Positions 52,116 through 64,000 of a DNA stretch of 64,000 nt are shown here, in pieces. The DNA is taken from contig NC_090378.1 of NCBI RefSeq assembly GCF_036365525.1, positions 121,071,593 through 121,135,592 of the forward strand, read 5' to 3'. The stretch's first letter is position 1, and each line of letters opens with the position of its first letter. The stretch comes from Heterodontus francisci. Taxonomy: Eukaryota. Both the position numbers and the translations under genes were made by a program. Under the pieces are notes generated by a model that ran no database searches, was not told where the DNA came from, and saw only the letters and a list, made by a program, of their open reading frames with translations.

Positions 52116-55100
52116 GGCTGATGTTGGAAGTCATACTGACCACATCAGATATTCTGTGGATATGCCCACTGTCATTTTCCAGCTGATGATCAATAATAAA
52201 AAATACTTACTGGGGAAAACTGGTACAAATCAGGAGGAAAAACAAAGACCTTGCATATGAAGAATGCAAATAGTTCACTATATTGTTTTCCAGCGACTAG
52301 GCCATTGAAGTGTATGTGGCTTTGTTACTCTGTTTTGATCAGCTGTTGTAAAAACATGGTAACACTGCTGTTACCCAGTCACTGGCCTTGGTTTCGAGGA
52401 TACGGCTATCAATAAAGGTCAGATGGTCTCATTCAAGTAGGTGAGCTCTCAATTCATGAAACATGCAGATGGCAGTAATTATGGGCAGTGAAGTAACATT
52501 ATTTATATATGAAGTACACACATCATACCAGAACTTTGCTTCCATTTCAAAATAAAATCACAAAACATTTATGCACTGAAATGTATTTTAGTAACTTTTT
52601 AAAACAAATTACATAATATAAAAGGAATATGGAAAATATTTACAAAAATGTACACTTAGAAAATGTCACAAATAACTCAGATGATTTCCTTTAATATCTG
52701 TGTCTACTGTTGTTGGCAAAGCCCAGATTCTGAACCTTTTTATAGTGAGTGGCTTTCTGTAATTGTGTCTGATTAGTAAATCCTTTACAGGGCACCAAGT
52801 GATGGATAGGAGGAGGAAAGAAAATACATAGGCCTCCCAAAACCAGGGTAATGAGCTCCATAAAGACCCTCCTCATCACAGCACATAGATTCATATTGGG
52901 AAAGGACACTTGAACAGTGTGTGTGGAAGACACTAGAAATGTTAAAGTGCTTCAACACTTGCTTTCTCTGCTGGTTAATTTACACATAGTGCAAAACTGA
53001 ATTTCATTGGGTCTCATATACTGTTAAGACATTCTTGGCATTTTTGCTACTTTGAAGGGATTTTGTTTTGGATAAATCTATTGAGTGAACATACAGAATC
53101 AATGCTGTCCTACACCTGTGAAGTGATTGCACTAAAATGAAGAGGTCAATGAATTGGTGTCTTATGAGGATCTTGAACATCAAGGCCCCTGCACTTTCAC
53201 TCACAAAGGGTATTGCTTATTCTTTTAACAGATCACTGTAGGCTAGCCCACACGGGATAATGGCAGTTCCAAGTAATTGAACACAAATAAGGATAAATGG
53301 GGGACAAAAATAAGTGTAAAAGTATTCATATCTCAGGGATCTGGTCCCCCCTCTGCATCCTTTGAAGATTTCTTTCCCAAACAAGGCTAACATTTACAAA
53401 TATATATATACATTGTCATGCAGGCCCCCACCAGCCAAGAATGAGGCACATTAATTTCACCACATGCACGTTAAACTTCAAATTGTTGCTGGGAAAAGAG
53501 GGCCTCTTACAAGAAATTTCCAGGCCCCTGGCCAGAAATACATTTTTGCAAACTAGCAGACAGTGTTGGCACAAAGGAACCAGTCCCTGCTCCCGATACA
53601 CAGACGACGTGGTTAGACTAGTTTAGTCACATGACTGTAATAAATAATTATAATATAGCATTTGCAGTATTGTGCTTTTATTTGAGTCACATGACTAACT
53701 GGCTGTTGCAGGTTTTGAACTCGCCACAGTGAATTTGAAGACAGAAAGCTACTGGCTCCTGGATTGAGAACATCTCACTCCTGTCTGCTCTCATCTCATT
53801 CTCCCCAGCTTTGAAATCCATTGAAGACACAAGAAACCCAAGAGAAAGAAATGTCTCCGACAGCGAGCAAGGTTTAAGAATACTGGGCCCCAATGAAAAG
53901 CAAGAATTACCTACAAGAAAGAACTACCGACAAAAGGACTCTACAGTGAGCTCGAAGCACAGTAACAAGAAACTGTTCAGAGATTGCCTCAAATCTCTCC
54001 ACTTGATTTTTCTTCTCTTTCTGTCTCTATTTGCATGTGCCTATTGCGTATGCATGCGAGCTGAAGGATTATCATTTTTAATCCAAGACTTTACTCGCCA
54101 GGGGTAACATCCCAGTTGGGGGAAAATGGCTGTGAAAAGTCGAGTGTTGAAAACACAGTTACCAGAGGACAGGCTGTTGGTCTCACATCGGAAAGGACAA
54201 GCTTTTCAAATGCCAAACCAAAACCCACTCCACCCAACAGAGACATTGCCTTCTGCTCTCAACCAGCCACCCACATCATCACTGGTTCCAAGGTGCCTAA
54301 GGAGACAATGAAAGCCACCGGTTTTATATATAATCAAGTCAATCGGACAACAGAACCCATCGGAAACAGTTCACACCTCGTATAGTACTCAACTAGATGA
54401 TGCAAGACCAACAGTTCCCACTGTCCGTCCGCCCCCTCCCCCACCGAAACCAGCTAGATGAGAGGAGGGAAAATACTACAGATTCAAACAAAGCTTTCTC
54501 TCCAGGGACCAATCAAAGCATTTTCCATCGTCTGACAAGATCAGTCAGAAAAAAAGGGAACATTCTGGTTTTTGTGGAAAAAGCAAGACCGCTGATCAGT
54601 CGAAGTGAAGCAGCCTGAGGAAAGAGAGGGTCGAGCAGTTGATGTCAAATGGACAGCTGCCACACAGCTCTACAGGACAGAAGATCAGAGCACGCTGCTC
54701 CCTCTACAACCAGGACCAAAGGAAGTCGCATGCCCTAAGGAATGGGTACGGCCCCAAGGACTTCGATCGTAGAAGACACGACCCGGCATCCAAAGTCAGC
54801 AGGGTGAGCATTTCATCCACAGCCTGCAGAATACTCAACTCACAGCCATGTGGAGAGTTACCTCTGCATGTCCCGACCAAACCTTAGAAAAGTGGGTTAG
54901 TGTCGTGTTGGGAGTTAACTGACTGTGAGTTAGGGAACACAGAGGGGATTAGTTTAAGAAGTCCAAGGGGAAGTAATCTATTTGTTGTTCGTCATATAGG
55001 AACATTAGCATGGGTTTTGCCATATTGATATTTACTGTACATATTAAACATACTTTTATAATTCGAAATCTGAAACCTGTGTCGATTGAATTATTTATCA

Positions 55101-55140
55101 TCCTTCAGTGTGATTCATAAGGCTAAGCCCAGACCTTCGA

Positions 55141-58100
55141 CCACTTTGGCTGGTCACGAAACCGGACAATTCGTGGAGAGCTACTGTGGACTATCGAGTC
55201 CTCAATAAAAACATTCCAGCATACGCGCCTGCAGTGACAGCAGTAGCTGACCTCATAGGGAGCATGCCAGCCACCGCAACCACATTTTCAGTGCTGGATA
55301 TTTCAAACAGGTTCTGTTCAATCCCCTTGAAATAGGAGGACTGGTATAAGTTCACTTTCACTTTTAAAGGCCAACAATATACTTGGCCTTGTCTTCCCCA
55401 GGGCTTCTACAACTGTATCTATCATTCACCAGAGCATGGCTGATGCACTCAAAGCGTTCAGCCGGCCACACCAACTAGTCCAATACATGGACGATTTGTT
55501 GCTCTTCTCAGAGGGGGAGGAGAAACATGGCCCATTATTAGCAGAGTTGCTGGGGCTAACGAAGGAAATGGAATTCAAGGTGAATCCCAAGAAAGCCCAG
55601 ATTGGTCAGCCTGAAGTAAAATTTCTGGGTTTGACCATGCTGGCAGGAAAGCGCTGCATAGATGAGGCAAGGAGGAAGGCAATACAGGAGTTGCCAGCGC
55701 CGAAAGACGTGACCGGGGTAAGGTCTTTCCTGGGGCTCACAGGGTACTGCCACAACTTCATTGAGCGCTACACCACCACAGCAGCCTCTCTGCTCCGGCT
55801 CCTCCTGAAGGGAGTCGGATGGGAGTGGGATGAGAACTGCCAGGCAGTGTTAGTGTGCCTCAAGGAGGACCTCCAAATGGCACCAGCACGAGTGGTGATT
55901 AATGGGGGTGAGAGTTTCTTCTTGGAAGTAACCTCCAGTGGGGATACCTTAGGTGCAGTGTTGCTCCAGGAGTGTACTCCTCAAGGGTCCTCATAGACGT
56001 GGAGCAAGGATACTCCAATTGCGAAAGGCATCTTCTATACCACCTATTGGGCCATGAAACACTCTCAGCTTTTCACGGGGTGCTCGCTCATCACATTGTT
56101 AACTATCCATATCCCCACTCAAATACTGCTGGACGGAAGAATAAAGGACGGCACAGAGACCAGTGCTCACATTGCGCGCTGGACTTTACTACTGTCTCAG
56201 CTAAATTTGAAAGTGCTGGGGCTCACGGAGCCCAAACTCACCATGAACCTCACATATGCAGGGGAAGCTCTTAGGTGCACCGTTGAAGGGGTTTGGGATC
56301 GCGATGTAGGGGTCAAGGCCGCAGTCCAACCTTCCGGCAGGGACACCTATGTTGCTGGATCAGGTTCTGTCGTAAACGGGACGCGACTCACGGGATGTGG
56401 GATTTGTGACCTTCAGGCCAAGGTGGCCAAGGCAATTAAACTCCCCGACACCATGAGTGTCCGATACACAGAATTCTCAGTGGTGGCGTATGTGGTTACA
56501 CATCCCGAGGAATTCCCCCCTCCTTTCACCATTTGTTTGGACTTGATGTTCACCTGCAACCCGTGTACCGAATATCTGGCAATTTGGAGCCACCGTGACT
56601 TTAAAGCAGCAGACGGGAAACCCTTTACAACGGCCCCTTTGTTGAAAATGATCCTTGCGGCCGTAGGCAGTGGAGAGGACTTTTACATCCACAAAGTGAA
56701 AGCCCACTCCAGGTCAGAGCCGAGGTGGCAGGGAAACTTTAAGGCCAACGAGCTTGAAAAACAGGGAACAAGAGAGAGAGAATTCTGGGATCCCTATCAG
56801 GCAGGGCTGCTCACAGCACTTCGGGACAAAGGAGGGACCCAGGAGATAGTGTTAGCCCCTGACCTAACCAAGGTCTGGGCAGAGGACTCGGCTATCAGAG
56901 CGGTCCGAGAAAAGCTGGTTCGGGAAGAAAAGGTTGAAGGTGCGGTCGGGGCAGCGGACATGGTTGTCAAAGAGGGTATGCTCTTTAAGGGGGATCGATG
57001 GGTAGTTCCCGAACAGCACCGGGAACAATTTCTTCAGTTGGCCCACGTGGGTCTGGGAACAGGGCAGCCAGGGCCAGAAACCACCTGGAAGAGGGTAGAG
57101 GAGGTAGGGTGTTGGGCCCAGCTCAGGGAAGAAGCTTGGGAGTTCTGTGTGAACTGTTTGGTGTGCACGGTGAACAACCCTGATCCCCAGAAAAGAAAGG
57201 CACCCTTAGGACACGCGAGAAGGGTAGAGGGGCCATGGTGGTCTTTGCAGATCGACTTTATTGGACTGCTACCGAGGACAAAGGCTGGGAACAAGTACTG
57301 CTTGGTCCTGGTCGATGTATTCGCCAAGTTGGTCGAAGCTTTTCCTTGTAGATCAGCCACCGCACTAGCAACCGTGAGGCTGCTGGGGAGAGAGTTGTAA
57401 TCCTGGTGGGGATTACCACATGTGGTGGAATCCTACCAGGGGAGTCATTTCACAGGCCAGGTCAGGAGGAATACCCTCAGACTCTTGGGAATACACGGAA
57501 GGTGGCATGTGTCTCACAATCCCCAGTCTTCAGGGATTGTGGAGCGCATGAACCAAACTTTAAAAGAAAGGATGAGGAAGGAGATAGGGTTGTTCCCTCA
57601 GTGCTGGGATGAAGTCCTTCCATTGATTCTAATGGGAGTTCGATCCAGTCCCTCTAAAAGCACAAGGTACTGCCCACATGTGCTCATGACGGGAAGAGTA
57701 ATGAAAGCTCCCATACATGTGACAGCTCCAGGGCTATCAGAGCTACAGGTGAGGGAGGTCATCCAGGATCATTTTGTGCAGAATCTGTACGAGACACTCC
57801 AGAGCATTCACTGACAGGCTGTCAGCAATCTGGGGAAGCAGCATCGCCAGAGCCAGTTGCTGCAAGAACCACAGTGCTGCCAGGAATGGAAGATAGGAGA
57901 CATGATGATGGTGAGGAATTACGCCCGGGGAGGGGTTTTCGAACCACTGGACATGGGGACGTACAACATCGTTGATGAGGCGAGCCCCATGGTCTATGCA
58001 GTGAAGCCTCCCAGGAGGACAAAATGGTTTCACATCAACCAGTGTAAACTGTTTACTCCTGAGGAAGGGAAGGTAACGGTCAAAAGGAGCCCAGGCCCAG

Positions 58101-58333
58101 TCATGAGTCTGGTGGATACGGGCCTGTCACTGTTCATCTGGGACGATGACGAGGACCCAATATCCGGGGCTGTAAGGAGGAGCAACAGGACCTCAAGGCC
58201 AAGAGTTCCATGGCCATCTCCCGACGAGCCAGTGCAGAAACACAAGAGGCCCTGGCTGGATACCATCTGGCCGTGGGTGCCTCAAGTAAGGCAGTGGAGT
58301 TTTGTAGATAGTTTTTCCATGTTTTGTAAATAA
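55141..58333 (+). pseudogene. pol: pol (RT, tether, RNase H, integrase), frameshifted
   Basis: PLWLVTKPDNSWRATVDYR, QYMDDLLL, RSFLGLTGYC, YSNCERHL; second RNase H DTYVAGS...KAADGKP...HKVKAH...GNFKANEL; IN CVNCLVC, LQIDFIG, PQSSGIVERMNQTLK. Confidence 0.9.
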
Positions 58334-58425
58334 GCAGTTGGACCTGTGGAGGATCAAACCTCTCACAGAGGATTATGCATTCGGTCAGTTTGTTTTCAAG
58401 CAGGGAAACATCAGAAGAATGAACG

Positions 58426-60650
58426 ATGCAGACCTCCCGATGGGAATTCATATTATTGATGGCCGTATAGACCGGCAGGGTGAGAAGGGGAGACACTGAA
58501 GCATCCATTCTGTGCGGGGGCTCTGGAGGACACGGACCCACTGTGACTAAAGGTGATACAGGGGTGATGGACGGACAGAGGGTCTATTTCCACAAGGGAA
58601 GGTGGCCAGGGTGGGTGGGGTCGAATTCGGCCAGGCACATGAACCACGCTGGCTACACTTTCGGGGAGGCTTCCATGCCGTGTGTAAAAATAAAGGTTAC
58701 TGCCACGAGGGTTAGGGTGACTGAAGGGAAAAGCGTCTATCTCAGACGTGAAGGAAACATTCCCCGGGAATTTGGTGGTGGTTGAGAAAGTTAGACCCAG
58801 TAAAAGGGAACCAGACCACGGACCGGGAATGACTGGGGAACGACACATAACGGATGATCACGGGGTAGAAAGGGGTGTAGAGGTGTGCTGGAACAAGTGG
58901 TGGAAGGAGGAACAGGGCATTTACGTGTGTGTGGGGGGGTCTCTGAGGGCCTGCCCCAAAGGAATGTCGATTGCGTTTATAAGGCAATGGGAGGATTTCA
59001 GGGCAGGGGTGGGTTGGCACAGGAATATGGTCTCCGGGGAAACCCTGAGACATCCCAACACAGTAAATGCCACAGAACTTGTTGCCCAGGAAAGAAAGCC
59101 TCTGTCCACAGCCCCACTGGTAAGGGGAGCTGAGATCAATTGCCCCGCCACCACACCGGGCTCAGGGAATGGCTTGGTTTTAGTCCCCACAGGAAAGATA
59201 CTGTACCACATGGTGCACCATCAGGTCATTTCAGTTGTTTGAAACCTGATCTGTGTGCATCTGCCAGAATGGTGTCTGGTGGAAATGGAGCATTTGTATG
59301 AAACCCTGCTCCAGGAAATGTACCATCAATTTTATGAGTTAATTTAATGGGATGTACAGTTAGATGTATTGTATACACAGGATAAGGAGAGCAGCGTTGG
59401 CTCTATAAGGTACAAATGGGGATTGATAAATGATGCTGCAACCGCTTTCGGCACAGGAACGTCAGCCATCAATAGTTTAGATGATGCTGAATTGCAGATT
59501 CAGGTCAATACCCTCAGAACCAGTTACGAAAGGTCCTGGGAGAGGGGAACGCGGTCGAGGCAGGGGAGTTGCATGAAGACCAGGCTATGACTATCCATTT
59601 AAGGGAGGTCATAGCACAGTTGGAGTCTCAGGCACACTCCATTAACGAGTTAATCAAGGAGGATAGGAATGCCTCGGCTCAGACTGCAAGGAATGACACG
59701 TGTGTACTTTATGGGGCCTGGTTGCTAAATGAAGGACGCAGTAATTGGAGGACCTGAGGGAAGATCACGTTCCTTCTTGGGTTAGTAACAGGCACCTCAG
59801 TCTGTACAGCAACCGTTTGAGCCCGTGTCAGCTCAGGCTGGCTTCAGAAGCCTACCCGGTTCCTGTGGACTGTGGTCAGTCAAACCACATGATTATGGGG
59901 ATAGTGTTGCGGATGCCAGTACTGAGCTAGACCCAAACGCCTGCACCGGTGTACCACGTGGAGAGCATCGGCGTCATCTGAGTTGGGGTATACGTGCACT
60001 ATCGTGAGGTCCCACTGTACGTGGTTAGGTGGGAGCAAGCCATGACTGACAGTGACCTCAAAGGCTGCCAGGTGCAGGCCTGTGTGTGGGTTTAAATACA
60101 AAGGCTTAGAGCCAGTCAATTGCACCATGGAGGTGATGGTCCTGGCCCACGTGTCACCTCAGGTAGCATATTCTGGCAGTGGAACATACTGTGTGACGAC
60201 TCGCCTCGACCACGACAGGGTTCACAACGACACCTGGTGTCCTGTGAACAAGCGGCCCTTCTGCTTTAAACCCCGCACAGAGGTTCAGAATTCTTCCCAC
60301 AATCGAGACCACAGTTCACCTCGACATTAACAAGTCTGTAGACAATCTACAGAGTTACATCACCACGTACGGGTATGAGATACCAGCCCTGCCCGTACAT
60401 CTCAAAAAACTCCTAAAACAAGTGGTGGTGTCCCAAAAACATTTTTACACATTCGAACAATGCAACAGAGAGAAGGTGGGAGAAGGTGGAAGAAATAAAA
60501 GACATAACGTCCCCTCCATGGTGGGATTTCAGTTTAAATGTAGAGATCCCAATTGATGTTTCACCTCCTGGCAGTGGCACAGTCTAGAGTAGTGTGTTAC
60601 TTGGTTTTTATTGACTGCAGAAACGCAAGAAAGCCCTCCGACGCCAATGG
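58426..60650 (+). pseudogene. env: env-like class I fusion glycoprotein, frameshifted
   Basis: Acceptor-like tttgttttcaagcag (58389-58403), then ATG with a hydrophobic leader; RYKW|GLINDAATAFGTGTSAINSL (degenerate furin site plus fusion-peptide-like segment); heptads LQIQVNTL and LREVIAQLESQAHSINELI; Cys-rich region; PPWWDF before a hydrophobic/basic end. Confidence 0.7.
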
Positions 60651-61904
60651 ATTGCTCTCACCGAGAGAAAATTGTGATTTTAAAGATTTGGGTCAGGAGG
60701 GAAGAGTTATTTTTGCAGACTGTATAAAACCAGTACTTGTATGTACAAAGGTTTTTCTCTTTTCTGTATACTGTAAAGTGAAGTTTCTATGTGGCATAAG
60801 AGAGGAGAGTTTTTGCCAAGGCTATATGTTTTGACAAGAGGAATGTACTGTCTTGTTTGTATGTGTTTTAGCAATAGTAAGTTTGTTTAAAGCGGGAGGG
60901 AGGGTTTCCCCAGAGTTTAGTTTAACGGGGAAGGATATGGTTTGATTTGAACATGAGGGGTGCTCACACACGACAAGAAGAGGACGAAGGAAGATATTTG
61001 TGCAAGGGGTCTCAGTCTCGGTAGACAGAAGATCCTCGTAGGGGCAACTAAAGGATTATCATTTTTAATCCAAGACTTTATTCGCCAGGAGTAACACCCC
61101 AGTTTGGGGAAAATGGCTGTAAAAAGGACAGTGATTAAAACACAGTTACCAGAGGACAGGCTGTTGGTCTCAGACCAGGAAGGACAAGCTTTTCAAATGC
61201 TGAACCAAAACTCACTCCACGCAACAGAGACATTGCCTTCTGCTCTCAGCCAGCCACCCACATCACCACAGGTTCCAAGCTGCCCCAGGAGACAATGAAA
61301 TCCATCAGTTGATATAATCAAGTCAATCGGTCTGGACAACAGAACTCATCGGAAACAGTTCACACCTTGTATAGTACTCAACTAGATGACGCAAGACCAA
61401 CAGTTCCCACTGTCCGTCCCCCCCTCCCCCACCGAAACCAGCTAGATGAGAGGCGGGAAAATACTACAGATTCAAACAAAGCTTTCTCTCCAGGGACCAA
61501 TCAAAACATTTTCCATCGTCTGACAAGATCAGTCAGAAAAAAAGGGAACATTCCGGTTTTGGTGGAAAAAGCAAGACCGCTGATCAGTAGAAGTGAAGCA
61601 GCCTGAGGAAGGAGAGGATTGAACAGTTAATGTCAAATGGACAGCAGCCACACAGCTCTCCAGGACAGAAGATCAGAGCACGCTGCTCCCTCTACAACCA
61701 GGACCAAAGGAAGTCGCATGCCCTAAGGAATGGTTACGGCTCCAAGGACTTCGATCGTAGAAGACACGACCCGGCATCCAAAGTCAGCAGGATGAGCATT
61801 TCATCCACAGCCTGTAGAATACTCAACTCACAGCCATGTGGAGAGTTACCTCTGCATGTCCCGACCAAACCTTAGAAAAGGGGGTTAGTGTCGTGTTGGG
61901 AGTT

Positions 61905-62233
61905 TAGTTTAGTTTTAGAGATACAGCACTGAAACAGGCCCTTCGGCCCACCGAGTCTGTGCCAACCATCAACCACCCATTTATACTAATCCTACACTAA
62001 TTCCATATTCCTACCACATCCCCAACTGTCCCTATATTTCCCTACCACCTACCTATGCTAGGGGCAATTTATAATGGCCAATTAACCTATCAACCTGCAA
62101 GTCTTTGGCATGTGGGAGAAAACCTACGCAGACACAGGGAGAACTTGCAAACTCCACACAGGCAGTACCCAGAATTGAACCCGGGTCGCTGGAGCTGTGA
62201 GGCTGCGGTGCTAACCACTGCGCCACTGTGCCG
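61905..62233 (-). mobile_element. HE1-type V-SINE inserted in the 3' LTR
   Basis: Absent from the 5' LTR, where the site reads GGGAGTT-AACTGA-CTGTGAG. Confidence 0.93.
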
Positions 62234-64000
62234 CTGTGAGTTAGGGAACACAGAGGGGCTTAGTTTAAGAAGTCCAAGGGAAGGTAATCTATTTTTTGTT
62301 AGTCATATAGGAACATTAGCATGGGTTTTGCCATATTGAGATTCGCAGTACATATTGAACACACTTTCATTATTAAAAATCTGAAACCTCTGTCAATTGC
62401 ATCATTCATCATCCTTCACTGTGATTCATGAAGGTAAGCCCAGACCTTCGACTGTAAATAAGTGGGTTCGGTCTTGACCAGCAAGGCTGAATGAACCTCC
62501 CACGATCTGAAACACCCTACAGGGCGTGGGGCGTGATGTGTATCCGTGGGCATTAACCAAATTACCGTTTAAATTTTAATAAAGTTGACTTTTCTTCTTT
62601 AAACCTAAGAAAGCCTGTTTGTGCTCATTTATTTGCCTTATGTTTGGAAAGCGGTGAACAAGGATTCACCAAAGGGGGAGCTCCAAACTAGCAGTTCACC
62701 AAGTCAGGGTGAAGTAACTTGGGATAACTTAAAAGCAATGCTATAGAGGAGTTGAGGAACACGGCTGAGCAGTGTGGGATCACAGTACTAGGAAGTCTGA
62801 ACTCCAAAGGCTAGTGGCCAACTATTGTCTCCTTGAATCTGAAGAAGCAGAAACAGGGTCAGAAGCAGAATCCGACAGGGTATTGTTACCAAGGGAAAAT
62901 TGGAACAGAGGAAACTTGACTTTGAGGAAAGAGAGTGGGAGAAGGAGAGAGCCTTCCAAAAAAGAACGGTAAGAGAAAGACAGAGCCTTCCAGAAAGGAA
63001 TGAGAAGAGAGAGAGAGAAAGACAGGAGAAGGAACAAGAGAGAGAGGAGCGAGAGAGAGAAAGAATATTCCAGAAAGAATCCGAAGAAAGAGAGCTGAAG
63101 TGGCTTGAGTTAACTCAGGGGTGACAGAGTAACCCCAGTGAAAGCATGGCCAATATGGAGCATAATTTAGGCTGGGCAAAAAATTGCTAAAACTCACCGA
63201 ACTAATTCCAAAATTCAACGACGAAGATGTGGAGACCTTTTTTGTCTCTTTTGAGAAACTGGCAAGCCAGCTAAAACAGCCAGCTGAGACCTGGTCTCTT
63301 TTACTACAAAGCAAGCAAACTGGAAAAGCCATGAGGTTTATTCCTTGTTGCCAGATAAGAGTTCAGCAAATTATGAATTGACCAAAAAGGCTATCCTTGG
63401 AGCATATGAACCCTCAAGAAGCAAGCGAATCAAACCTAGCTAGAGTTTAAAACAAGTAAGCAGCTGGCTTTTGACCAGTGGCTGAGGACTCTTAAAATAT
63501 CGCACAGCTATGTGAATCTCAGGGAAGTAGTTCTGTTGGAGGAATTTAAAAACTCTCTCCCACTCTGAATAAAGACCCATGTAGAGGAGCAGTGCGTCCA
63601 GAGAGGCTGGCAAGAGGCCATTCTGGCTGATGAGTTTGCTTTAATTTATAGGTCGGTTTCCCAGGGGAAAACCTTTCCTAATCACTCCCACAAATCCGAA
63701 AAGGACAAAGGGTGGGAAGGTGATCTCCACCCAGGCAATCCTGGGAGAGAAAGGAAAGCAGGAGACACAGGGAGCCCTCCTCCAAACAAAAAGGAAGGTG
63801 CAGTGAGCAAGAGTAAGACCCGAAGACCTGTGTGCCTCCATTGTAATAAAGCAGGGCATTTAAAAGCTGACTGCTGGAAACTAAAGGGAAAACCGATAGA
63901 GTTAATCAGGGCACACCCCGTGAAGACGGGGACCTGGTGCAGAACACAGAACAAGCTGTGGCTTTAACTACAGCAAGAATGCAACCCAGGAAGCTTACTA

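Larger units (their letters stand above)
47865..52400 (+). pseudogene. Candidate decayed LRR transmembrane gene D, with the 36-bp minisatellite expanded inside its LRRCT
   Basis: VRYLLKQYSIK, LRLQYLSLS, GLYLYCNSLIHV, LKG*RGIKSL; last array unit reads VKCVVPEYLR (LRRCT CxxPxxLRG-like); hydrophobic stretch ending LISCCK near 52270-52355. Confidence 0.45.
54062..62521 (+). mobile_element. Endogenous retrovirus-like provirus (lokiretrovirus-like): LTR-[gag/pro deleted]-RT-tether-RNase H-IN-env-LTR
   Basis: TG at 54062, CA at 62520-62521, TSD GAGC/GGGC; homologous LTRs 54062-55140 (3'-truncated) and 61049-62521. Confidence 0.85.
53414..64000 (+). mobile_element. Gypsy (Gmr1-like) element: LTR (53414-54061 and 62522-~62690, split by a provirus) followed by decayed gag running off the window
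   Basis: LTR homologous to 2452-3398; gag with E/R-rich coil, LIPKFNDEDVETFFVSFEK, LREVVLLEEFKNSLP, zinc knuckle CLHCNKAGHLKADC; LTR 3' end and PBS deleted. Confidence 0.85.

Noticed and set aside
48347-52143. Long minus-strand repeat ORFs (910, 705 and 654 aa)
   Set aside because: Products of the stop-poor 36-bp unit; no start context or domain support
54397-54887. Short ORFs conserved in both proviral LTRs as accessory genes
   Set aside because: Conservation is explained by LTR duplication; no recognisable motifs

Overview
Repeat-rich vertebrate DNA, almost certainly from a shark (cartilaginous fish), inferred from the immunoglobulin sequence and HE1-type SINEs. The only clearly intact host gene parts are the 3' half of a kappa-type (nurse-shark NS4/type III-like) Ig light-chain cluster. 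These are an unjoined J segment with a 23-bp-spacer RSS (1841-1914), a ~10.8 kb J-C intron, an intact C exon (12702-13030) and polyA signals. No V segment lies in the window. Most of the rest is nested transposons (CR1, Tx1, RTE, hAT, Gypsy/Gmr1-like, tRNA-derived SINEs) and four large minisatellites. Two things stand out. (1) A provirus (54062-62521) has long LTRs, a tether plus second RNase H domain, integrase and a fusion-protein-like env, i.e. a lokiretrovirus-like architecture; a related gag-pro-RT remnant lies at ~38-39.9 kb. (2) The non-repeat islands downstream of the C exon repeatedly read as decayed single-exon leucine-rich-repeat (LRR) receptor genes (4-5 candidates, both strands), and the two biggest minisatellites appear to have grown out of LRR coding motifs. 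The LRR calls rest on manual joining of frames across frameshifts and need profile-HMM confirmation. Transposon boundaries without a stated TSD or terminus are approximate.
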